From Tubulanus polymorphus (Eukaryota; Animalia; Nemertea), in assembly GCF_964204645.1 (NCBI RefSeq), contig NC_134028.1, positions 4,898,001 to 4,962,000 of the forward strand: 64,000 nucleotides of DNA, given 5' to 3'. Both the position numbers and the translations under genes were made by a program. The notes under the pieces were generated by a model. The model did no database searches. It saw only the letters and a program-made list of their open reading frames with translations, and had not been told where the DNA came from. The stretch's first letter is position 1; each line of letters starts with the position of its first letter. Below, one piece after another: positions 1-14,100 of this stretch.

Positions 1-2520
1 AAAACTCCATCACTACGAACCTTGGGAAGCCAATATAACAACTGAAACAAACACAATCACATTCCCAGAAGATAATTAAATAGACCCTCATTAATCACAG
101 CACCCTGAGGTTTTGGTAATCAAGAGAAAAACTTTGAAAAACGTTTTGAAAAATTTGCCCATACCAATTGAATCAAAACATTACTGATAACTTACATAGT
201 TTTTTTTCGATTGTCCATTTTTCTATAAATCAAAAGAAGGCACACGATTACCTTTGACGTTTTTCCTATATCTTCAACTCGGTCGATACCATCGATGATA
301 ATATATATCGTCTTTCCATTTTCAGCAGCAGTATCGAATAGATTTTGCAGTTCTCTCAGATATTGTTCTATCTGATCGGTTTTACTAACTCTTCCATCTA
401 AACTAGAATCCTTACCACTGTCATTAACCGCTATTCCTAATCCTTTTCCGATTGTTGATTTCATTCGAAATAGAATGTTCTGTTTATCTGTATTAAAGAA
501 TAAAGTACAGATTTTCAATTTTCAATTTCCAATCTGAGAATGCATCAACTATGGTGTATGTATGTAATTTTTAAAATCTTTTTGTGATCAATCTTTTTTA
601 TGGCTTGCCCATTATCACCTTTTTTTACATTTACTGCTATATGTACTTTACCTGTGCTATGCTGAGGAAATCCGACAAAATGATAAGCAATGATTGAATT
701 GGAAACTGATTGCAGAGAATTCAGCCACATACTGATAGCTGAAGACTTTCCCGATCCTGATTCACCAAGAATCAACAATTTTCTATCGCCTGAAAGATTA
801 ATGAATCATTATTTAATACATACTCTACCTCATACCCATAAAATAATCATATACGCAACATTTTCACCTGATGAAAAATGCTGTTTAATCTCATTTACAT
901 AATTCAAATCTCTGACATAAAGTGTGCATCGACTATTTTTGAAAGCTTCGTGTTGTTGCCATTCCTGTTGAGCTGGAGTCAAATCGGGTGGTGCTACTAA
1001 TAGTACTTCATTTAGATATTTCCAAACAGAGTTGAACATGAATTCCACCCCCTATGAACAAATACACTATTATCATTAAAAACTGCTGTAAAATGCAAAC
1101 ATGTATCTAATCATCTAACTTACTTCTTTTGGAGTTTTATAAGCCATATTGATACCAATTGTCTGAAATCAGAAAATTTATGAATATACACGTAATATCA
1201 AACCCTGCATATTAAGAATGGAAAAGTGGAGTCCGAAAAGTTCCCTTGAGCTAATATTTACTCAACATTTCGACTAAGTCATCTACAGTAAGACTGAAGT
1301 ATGATAGGCTATACCATAGTCAAAATATCGAATAAACTACTAGCTCATGGAAACATTTCTTCTATTTTCAGTGTAGGAAGTATTTGTTAATACCTTTGAT
1401 TCGGAATGTTTTACTCTTTGTTTCAGATCATCCATATATGATTTCGCGTGCTCACTTTCAACCATATAAGCTTTAACTTCCCATTGATCTCCAGCCTCTA
1501 AAGCTTCTTGACGGTTCTTATCATCAAATGACTGCAAGTTAAAATATAATATGACATCAATTGAATATCTTAACCAAGGCACGATGCTGTTGCATTCACT
1601 ATCAGTGCTGAGTGCCAGGGTGCCTACATTTACACGATTTGCTTTCTTCCAGGATACCCTGCTGTTATTTCACCTCAGTATATAAAAAAGTCATAATGTC
1701 CTTATTATCTAAATCATCATTGTATTCAATTACATATTGATGTAAATTATTCAGGAAATAGAAGATAAGATATGATATGAGTGTTAAGCGAGTGCTGCGG
1801 CCTGCAGTTGTGTGCGGGAAACACTTTATCTACCTTGTCTCGAAAACAAATACAAGTAGCCATCGCGCCGGGATTGTTTAAATGACCATGTAGAAATTCG
1901 AGTTCAGTCACGCTGCGGTCACGGTACTTTTCCACCCATCTGAACAACGCGCTGGCAACATCGAAATTCTTCTGAAGGGTTGCATCATTTTCACCGTGCC
2001 AACCATAACGCTACAAAAAAGAATTTTTCATTAAATAATTTCCCGGCCATGAGTCTTGAATTTTGGATGTCGGCTTAGGCTTTACGGAGGTTATAAGGGG
2101 CCGCTAGTTGATGCGTGCCAACAATGTGCTGACAATAATTATGTTGACATTTTGTGATAGCCTAGTCGCGTTAAGTCAATGTTGACATAATCATTGTCGA
2201 CCTTATCGCTTCCATAAAAACCTCACCTGTCCAAAATATCCAATGAAGATATCAGATCGATCACATTCTCGAAGACAGATTTCAATAGTTCTAGCACTAT
2301 CAGCAGATTCTGTAGTGATCCCCCATCGCATATCTACAGGACAGAACTGTATCCCTCTCGATCGGCACAATGCTTGTATCTGCGGAAAATAAACTCGCCG
2401 AAACAGCTCCCTCTCATTTTCCATACCTCTAAACGGAGATGAGAAAAATATTCGACAAACTCGTGGATCTTTGAGACGTTGCGTCCTCCATGCCCCGGGA
2501 TTACCAGAATCGAGCTCCAT
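1..2520 (-). CDS. DUF4062 + NACHT/STAND NTPase protein (TEP1/NPHP3/TTC41-like; often TPR-containing), 3' end runs off the window
   Basis: Minus-strand exons joined by GT-AG: 2520-2227, 2010-1834, 1531-1394, 1162-1124, 1051-868, 789-652, 487-252, 41-1. DUF4062 signature RIFFSSPFRGMENERE...VDMRWGIT...ICLRECDRSDIFIGYFGQRYGW...DRSVTELE. Walker A GESGSGKS and Walker B IYIIIDGID, followed by LYWLP. An in-frame stop lies upstream of ATG 2520. Confidence 0.85.
1241..1352. mobile_element. Degenerate MITE-like inverted repeat in an intron; related fragments near 9447-9530, 10325-10378 and 58944-59015
   Basis: TTCCCTTGAGCTAATATTTACTCAACATTTCGACTA is an imperfect reverse complement of TAGTCAAAATATCGAATAAACTACTAGCTCATGGAA. 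AATAAACTACTAGCTCA recurs at ~58982, and GCCATCTTCAGGAAT or its complement TATTCCTGAAGAT recurs elsewhere. Confidence 0.55.
1583..1619 (-). mobile_element. Dispersed repeat fragment, probable SINE remnant (second copy at 35669-35712)
   Basis: GATGCTGTTGCATTCACTATCAGTGCTGAGTGCC at 1583 vs GATGCTATTGCATTTACTATCAGTGCTGCTGAGTGAC at 35669. The minus strand reads GGCACTCAGCA, as seen in SINE central domains; a similar GGCACTCAG follows a B-box-like GGTTTGAATCC at 25388-25490. Confidence 0.45.
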
Positions 2521-3054
2521 CTTTCCCCAAGCCCTATGATTCTCCAACAGCCAGGCAGCCTCTTAAGTGAACCAACTAATATCAACTACCACAACAATCG
2601 TGGCTAGCCCAGATTTTAAGAACTGAAAAATAAATACACATAGTAAATAGAGCAATTTTTGATTGTGACTTTTGTGTCTGGCTCGTTCATGAAAACTGCT
2701 CCAGTCTCACAAACTGGACTCGAATTTAACAACATTGCTTACCACTCATATCAACTTTCATCTAATAGGAGTATGTGTGTGTGGACAAAGTGTCTTGTTA
2801 GGAAATGTCAATAAAATTAGATTGAACTTGCGTTGCGTGGGTAAAACTTTGACGACGACCTTCAGAATTTGGTCTCTTTTTTTATAGTTTTTTAAAAGTT
2901 TTTTTTAGTTTTTAGTTGTCTTGTCTGGTAGGTACACGACATTATTGACATGTATTGCCCATTTGTATTTGTATCATAAGGCGTTAATAATTATTAATTG
3001 AATTGAATTGTCAAACAAGTGCTGCCCCCTAGTTTCGTGGGTAAGTGAGTAAAA

Positions 3055-5729
<2,675 letters not shown>

Positions 5730-6169
5730 ATTTATTGTGACTGCGTAATATTGTTTATTGTTAATGTAGCTTTCAGTGTATTCAATACATCCTCATTGAA
5801 GTTAGTCGTTCACTACTGATCCTTGTAAATGACGACGCGTGTAAATATAAATGCATTTTATAAAACAGAAATTTTCTTTCAAAATTTATGCCGTAGGATG
5901 CCTCGCTTGTATTGACTGAGAGATGGACAGAATTCCACAGATCTTCCTTTAAAGTTTTAATTTTCGGATTTAATTTTAATTTTCGGATTTAAAACAACGA
6001 AGAATAGCGAGTATATTACAGGATATTTGAGATGATTTTATTAATTCTACTGAAAACGACCAAAACAAACTTTCACGTAGAACAATTTACATAACTGAAT
6101 TTTATATGTTTAATGTACAAGACTTGAAAAATATTTGTATATTTGTGCTGATGGACAGACTGCGAGTTC

Positions 6170-7639
6170 TTACACCGGTTCTTCAACTGTGGGTTCACGT
6201 ACTTTAGGTTTGTTAGGGTTATTTTCTAACAGCCAGTCTGCTAACCAAATCTACAAAATTAAAAAATAAATTACACAATTGTCATTTCGATATACTGGTA
6301 CCCTATTTAATTAACCCTGAAAATAGGATCATGTCAAATTATCTTCTCAAAACTTTTGGTTAAGCTGTTATTGCTTACTTCAAGTTTTCAATGAGGAAGA
6401 AAATTCAAACTTATACGATTTACGATTAAACTTGTTCGTAACACTTAACTTGGACCCAGTATCCCATGAGTTAAGATTTCACTCCGAGGAAACTGATGGA
6501 AAATGAAATGATTTTAACGCGACAGTTGGACAGATTGTATAACTGGATCGTTGTGCTATCTTTCTAATCTTACCACGGGATCTGCAGGTTTTTGTTTACA
6601 TAGATTCGTTAATCCCTTCAGTAACGTCGGATTAACAGCTTTAGCGAGATAATCGCGTGCAGCTTGACCGACGGGGATCGGCTCCACAACACTGTCCGGG
6701 AAGAAGAATCTGATTTCACGCTCGGCGGATGAGAAACAATCGCTACCATGCAATGCGTTCCTCTGGTCGTCCGTACCGTAAATAGCACGCAGGCTGAAAT
6801 TCATGAAAATTACAAGCTATCAGAAATAACAAAATTAAGATTTTTCAAACCAAAATGGTCAAGGTAAAAAGTACACGTGAATTACTATTTTTTTCTGTCA
6901 CTTCATCAGATTAATAATTCAGAGACAATAGATCAAGATGGTAGAGATTACTGAATGGGCTCTACTGTAACTTTATTGGTCAACGTAATAATTCACAGAA
7001 AAGAAACTAACCAATCAGGATGAGTCTGCCTTGCTTTCAGTGTATTCGTCGGTCCAATCAGTGTTCTCCAATGAGAAATAGCGCCCTCTTTAGCGATCAC
7101 CATAGGAATAATCGGTCCTTTACTCATGTAAGCCACTAAACTTGGGAAGAACATTTTACCAAAGTGTTCGGCATAGAAATCGCTGGCCTGTTCAGGGGTT
7201 AATTTAACCCTCCGCTTCTGCAAGCGAGACAATCAACAAATTAATGATATTGAAAATGATGGGTCTGTGATTGGACGCGAGGCTTCGATTGGTCTACAGA
7301 TTCTGGAATTTTCTTCTGGCGCTCCTTTCGTCCAGAATCTCTCCACCTATTCACCAGAATGGCATAATAAACCTGATAGAAGTGGCCGGTAGTGAGTTTG
7401 AAATCGGGAATTGATATTCTTAAACGGGAATACATACAATCAAAACCTGCCTAAAAAGAAAGGATGTTATTGTCAAGAGTCCATTAATGTACCTGTAAAA
7501 TAGTAAATCCTGATCTGGAAATGATATCTTCAATTTCATCAGCTTTATCAACAGCATCAGGTTTAATAATAGCCAGAGTTCGTTCTACGAAAACATCTGG
7601 AGCGGTGATTTTAATCGGTGAGTCTGTGGACCCGGTCAT
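6170..7639 (-). CDS. NME5: Nucleoside diphosphate kinase homolog 5 (NDK + Dpy-30 motif; radial spoke RSPH23)
   Basis: Exons 7639-7493, 7217-7012, 6793-6574, 6250-6170. ERTLAIIKPDAV, FYAEHFGKMFFPSLVAYM, LRAIYGTDDQRNALHGSD, Dpy-30 motif VNPTLLKGLTNLCKQKPADPVIWLADWLLENNPNKP. Confidence 0.96.
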
Positions 7640-7744
7640 CTTCGTGTAATCTGTACAGAACCCGTATAGAAAGCTCACAGTACACAATACACCTAAACAA
7701 ACCCCTGTCAACATTCACTTCAGCACTGTGACATACGCGTCTTC

Positions 7745-7759
7745 GTTGCCACGGGTTAC
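7745..7759 (-). promoter_or_regulatory. RFX X-box in the NME5/FBF1 bidirectional promoter
   Basis: The minus strand reads GTAACC-CGT-GGCAAC, matching GTNRCC-N(0-3)-RGYAAC, ~106 bp upstream of the NME5 ATG. Both flanking genes are ciliary. Confidence 0.75.
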
Positions 7760-8155
7760 AACCACGTCTACAAAGTCGCGGAACAATCCCACTTCAATTC
7801 AATATATCTTTTATTGAATCCTTTGATTATCGGATTTCGCGTAAAAAATTATGAAATGTCATTTCATAGAAATGAATAATACGTCTATTAACAATTTATC
7901 TATATGTATCTCTATCTCTATAAATAAGTCTCAATTTGAACTTTAAGCGCGTAAAGACTGTGGGTTTCTTCACCTAGGAAAAATACCAGGTCTCGCCGGA
8001 TTAGTTGTTCCGCGACGTTCCATTTGTTTCAATATGGTTGACAGTAGTGACATTTCATAGATTTTTGTACAATTTTCACATTAAAATGCCGTCGTTGTCG
8101 TGAGTATTACTCGAATTTGTGGCATCGAGTATCGGGATATATAGAGCAGTTTACG

Positions 8156-11100
8156 ATGAATTCAGTAAGTATCAACAGAACCGCGTAAAATCCTGAAATA
8201 CACCAGAAATACTGACATATATACAGTTAAACCTCATCAAATCAATTTAAATTAGAATTTATTTGTTATCTTTCGGAATTCCTAAACAAACAAGCAAAAC
8301 AAATAAAGCTCAATCATTTTTCTTGACAGGACTGGAAACCAGGACAGAATAAAAACAAGAAAACTGGACGCTCATTTGATCAGTTAGATGATGCTTTAGG
8401 AGATTTACTTGGCGGAGGTACATTTATAATACAGTCCTTTTAATCACAGCAAAAACTTTGAATATTTTACTCTGAAAAGTACCGGTATTAGAAATAACTT
8501 CAGATTCATTTGTTACAATGTTGATTCATGATTTTAGATGATTCTCCACCTCCGGCTAAAAACGCTATTAGAACCACAGCATCATCTGTAAGTAAAAAAA
8601 TCATTGAATTCCTGCTCTTTAGATCTGGACATTTATCATAAATCACTTCAGCAATCTGTTATTGTTTTTGTAGGCAGCGAGAGGTTCAGCCATGAGAACT
8701 AAAGGCAAATCAAAGTAAGTTCATTCAAACCACAGTTTCACGAGAAAAAATTGTAGGCTTAATTCTCTGCATTCAAATATAGAAGATTTTCTTCTCAATA
8801 TTTCAGCCATCAAGATGCAGACTTTTACAGTAGTATGGCAGCTGTTAGCGAGGAACCATCAGATTTCTCAGATGCTGATCCTGCAAGCTTGGCTAAACAG
8901 TTAGAGGTCTGTGATACTGGACCAGTTAACATCCCACGCCAGAAGAAAATATCCACAATTATCAAGAAAATACCTAAGAGACTAATGACGATTCGACTCA
9001 TGAGCCTTTTTCTAAAGTCACAGAATTGAGTCTAAACAATCTCTATAGTTTCTTAATGATTTTGGGTTTTTCTCGAATTAGACAGTTCACTGTCTTTAGA
9101 AACCAATTTCAGACCCCAATCATTCAATCAAGTAAAAACTTTGTGATTTCAGGACTTGGATGACATGGATGCTCATTTATTCGGATCAGGATCATTAAAG
9201 AAACCGTTGAATAAATCTGGACCAGTGAAGAAGGAAGCGACGAGACCAGTGTCTGCACCAGACACGAAGAAAACTGTTACGTTTTCGCCACCAAATTCAC
9301 CACCTAAAACAGCAGGTTAATATCTAATAGAACACTTCAATAACAAACTGTGTAATAACTATTGATGGAACACTCAGACCTGTTATAACGATAGGCCTAA
9401 TATAAATTCGCCCATAAAGAATAAAAACAGTCTGGAGGTTCATCCTGATAGCCATCTTCAGGAATGCCAAATTTTGAAGATGTCTCTTACGATATCGTCA
9501 AAATGTCAAATCAATAAAAGCTCAGGTAGGTATTTCACACTATTTTTTATTCTAAGTGTGGCATTTTGTATTAATAGACTTCGTATCATCAATGTTGCAC
9601 TGTATGAGAGTGTAATGTATGTAATTATCTATATATGTATAGAGTATGCAGCTACATCACCTCGTCGTGGATCACTGAAATCACAAGCTAATTTACAGGA
9701 ACAAGTGAAAAAAGATGTTGAAGAACAATTGAAGGCTAAAACTATCGATTTTGGAGGTATAAATCAAAACCAGCGATACATTCACATTGATTGAAGTCAA
9801 GTGTTTTTAAAATCAGTTGTATCATTCTCGTATAGATATAGATGAAGATGATCCGTTAGCCGGATTATTATCAGATGATGAAGATATACCGAAACGAAAA
9901 CCTGCGAAAAAACCAGTTCCAACCACGTCGACCCCAGTTTCGCAAGAAGGTCGGTAGAAACATTGACATTCATGTCGGAATTTATGGATTTTTCATTTAA
10001 TCGAATATGAATTGATGGTGTTTTTTAGACAATCGTCCACCAACGCGAAGTGGACCGTCTCAGAGAACTTCACCCCGAACAGATCAGACTCCTACTCAAA
10101 AAGGTGCGGTGTTTGCGTCATTTTTCTGAGCAGATTTTCAAGACTGCAAAACTTCAAAACATTTGAATGATATTTTTCTGTGTAGATATTGAACCCGAAC
10201 GACCAAAAGCCGCGAAGAAAAGAGAAGAAATCATATTTAGTGATAACGATGATGATGTTTTAGGAGGTAAAATTCGTTCAAGTTATGAAATAAAAATCAC
10301 ACACTTAGAATTAGAAATAGAACCTGAAAAGAGTTCTTGAGCAAATTGACTTTATCCTAATAGCCATCTTCAGGAATATGTTCACTTGAATATTTGATCA
10401 ATTTGAATGATTGTTTGTAGGGATGGGCCTCGAAGATGACGAGCCGAAAAAAGTCGAGACCGTAGAGAATAAACCAGCTCGATCAGTATTCGACAATCTG
10501 TTGAAAAGTGACGTCGCTTCAAAACATTTACAAACATCTACGAAACAAGAGAAAAGAGATTTTATACTCGATAAAAAATACCTAAACAAATCACAAAAAG
10601 GTAAAAGTTTATCACCAGTGGTTTCTAGTTAACTTGGTTTTCTGTGTTCAATCTTTTTCAGTTTAAATCGAATGAACCTTTGGAGTTGATTGTTGATTTG
10701 TAATTTTTCACTTACAGAACCAGAGAAGAAAGAAATGACAGAAGAAGATTTTACATTTGGAAGTTATCGTCCGTCTTCAGCTGCCTCGTCTAGAACCGGT
10801 CGTAACAGGTTAGACTAGTCAGTTATTCATTAAGTCCAATTTTATTGAACTTTAGTGTTTCCTGGGAGAACGTTTTCTACTTTCAATTTCAATCATTGAA
10901 AACATATTATTTCAGAACTAGTCAAAGAGCTGATATGGCAGCATCTTTGGGATTCCTAGACGACGCAGAAACGAAACCGATGAAACAGGCTGGTCGAAGT
11001 CGCGGAGGATTGTCATCGACTCTTCCCGATGATTTCGGTGGAAATTCTTGGTTAGACATGGCGTCTGAATCGAAACCAACGAACGATTCCGCGGACACTA

Positions 11101-14100
11101 AACCTCCGAAATCACCGGTTACTAAACCGAGCAGTTTGACTTCTCCGCGTAGCGATGACTGGTTAGGATTGGGTAATGATGTCGTCGTGGACACGAAGCA
11201 TGAATCGACCGGTAGTAACTGGTTGGGATTCGCATCAAATTCTCCGCAAACTGCTCAGAGAAGAGCGAGTATCGCAGTCGAGGATCCGTCCTCGCCGAAA
11301 AAACAACCGCCGGAACAACCGCGTCGGATGAGTATCGCTGAAGAGAGACCGTCTTCTCCGCAGAAAAAACAACCCGATTTTACACCTCCCGCAAAACCGC
11401 CAGCGAAACTGGATTTACCGGCTGGGTTCGGTGATAAAAAACCAGAATATTTTACCGGTGATTTAGATTTAGACGGAAGTGTCTCGAAGTAAGTGTATTT
11501 ACTCTGTTCGCTATTATTTTGCTTCTCACTACAGGTACTATGATATTAGCCTGCTTTCTAACTGCATCTATCCCTATCAACTATTTATAGATCATTACCT
11601 ATAGCTGATACTAATGATAAACTATTTGAAGCTCCACCAAACTGGGAAATGTAAGTTTCTACAGAAGACACGTATTATATACATGTACTTGCACATTAAA
11701 CCCTGCTTCTTGTAGTGACTGAGACTTTTATTTTAAATGTTTGCTTAAAACAATATCTTGTATTTCTTAACATTGTAAGAAATTTCTCCCTCAACGTAAG
11801 ATTTACTGCAGGTTGACTGTTGTGATTTATGAAATAATTGTTATATTGTAGGAATAGTTTACCGTGGGATACAGGAAGCAGGAAACACCGTAGAGAGCTG
11901 GGTACTGCTGGACCATTAGAATCAACAGGTTCGTTTTATAAAACCATCACAATCATCCACAGATCGCTTAGTTTATTCATGATGAATATTTTATTCTAGG
12001 ACTGCGGCCGAGTTCAGCTGGTCAGCGGACACCTACAAAGCCTTCAACACCCGTCCATACGAACCAGTCTCACGATCTTACACCGAGTCTAACCCCGGGT
12101 TCACCAGCTACAGCCGCTGCTGGTCCCGATGTTCTCGTGGTTCAAATGCAGCAACAACTTCAACAACAACAACTCGATCTGGAACGGCAGCAGCAGCAAT
12201 GGTTGTCACAGCAACGACAGAAACAACAAGAAATACTCAAACAACAAGTGAGTAATTTAGTTTCATCAACTCTCTGATTATTACAAGTAATCGGAATTGT
12301 AAATATTTTCACAAATTATTGTTTACTACAGCAAATGCAAATGATGGAGGCCCAGGTATAATGTCTGTTTTATATCTAATTGAACAATCAAAACTTCAGT
12401 TAATTTTTTCTTTTATATAGCACTGTTATTTCTCTCCCAATAGTAGACCAAAATTTGGTTAATTATTCACTTGTTGATTCGTTGGTGTTTTGTGATTATT
12501 TGCACTAATTTTTTTTCCGTTCCGACCACATTGAACATTCACTTAGTTTCATTTCACATTATGAATCAATCCAATCATTCTGCACTAGCTTGAAAATAAT
12601 GATATCATTCTCGTGATAATAGAAAAGGAAATAAAATAAACATTTATTTTTCTAACCACGCAGCAAAGGCAGCATCAATTGATGTTACAATCACAGGTCA
12701 GTCTAACCACCCTTAACTCTCAAAAAACCCCTTTCAGATGAACAGATTTTTTTCTGATATTCGAAATTGATGAATATTTTCAGATGCAACTATCTAGTCT
12801 TCCTGCAGCAACAGCTCAACCAATGCCACTAGCAGCGATGGGTTTCAGTGGAATGAACACTACTCAGTATACAGAATTAGAGACCAAGGCAAGAATTGAA
12901 TTTAGAACCATGTACACAGAGCTAAGAGCGCTACAAATTAGGGAATCTTGATGTTAAAGACATTAAAATTTTTATTTTACCAAGATATTGTCAAAAGACA
13001 ATTAAACATATTATAAAACAACTTACTATGATTTCATTGTTTTGTGAACAGTTAGCAATTGTCAAACATTACTGATTACAACCGTTTTATTTCTGTGTGT
13101 TTAATAATGTAGATCAAAAGACTCGAGTTGGAGAAACAACACATTCAATCATTACTGGATTCATCTAAACAGCAGCATAACGACGAGATAGCTGCTTTAC
13201 AAGACGCTCACAAGTATGTATGAGGGTTCAGTTCTACAGTTCTTCGTTAAGCTTTGACTTCAGAGTTAGAACATTGAAAGTGAACTTATTTTAACTGTAG
13301 TGTCAATCAAGAACAATGAAATCTGGTTCTGGTTTGGCTAAAATCATAGCAATTTCAATTGATTTCTGGTCGCTCTATTTAGGAAACAAATGCAGCTTAC
13401 CGAAGACACATTTAGCAGACGGGAGAGGAGGTTTGTAACTTAATTCATCAGCGCCGTGAAACCGGGTTTTCGTTCGACAAATTTCTGACTAGATTTCAGT
13501 TTGTAATTTTAGACTGAAGGAAGAAAGCGATCAGTTAATACAACAGAACACCGATCGTCTGAAAAAGATGGAGAATGAACGATCGGAACTCGTGCTGTCT
13601 CATCAACAAAAACAAGAAGAATGGATGATGGAAAAACAGAGAGAAACTGAACGAATAAGAGAACAAAACAGGTACACCATACAGCAGCATTGCACAGACT
13701 TATGAGTTAAGATTAGTTTGTTTTCAACTGAATTAAACTCTTAGTCAAATAAAATCTCAGTGTCGAGATCCACAGCGAGTCAAATTTCAATGCTGAACTG
13801 GGGTTCGGGTTACAGAATGTTTGGCTGAGATAAGTTTTGATTTTTGAACCCCTAGCTCTTACACTACAGCTCAATATGTTAATGTATAATTGGTCGATTT
13901 AGGTTGACTATTGAGGATATGAAGAAGGATCACGATGCTATGATTGAACGCATTAAGAAAGCTAAGGATCAAGAACTTGAAGCTGTTACTAACGTACAAT
14001 CACACACTCGGTAAAGCTCTTTATTCGCTGCTTACTATTTTGCAAAATTCAGTTGTTTCAATGAATTCAATGGAACTTTTGTGTTCAGATCGTTACAGTT

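Noticed and set aside
8101-8110. miR-12-like TGAGTATTAC
   Set aside because: 10-nt match only, within the FBF1 5' region, with no hairpin.
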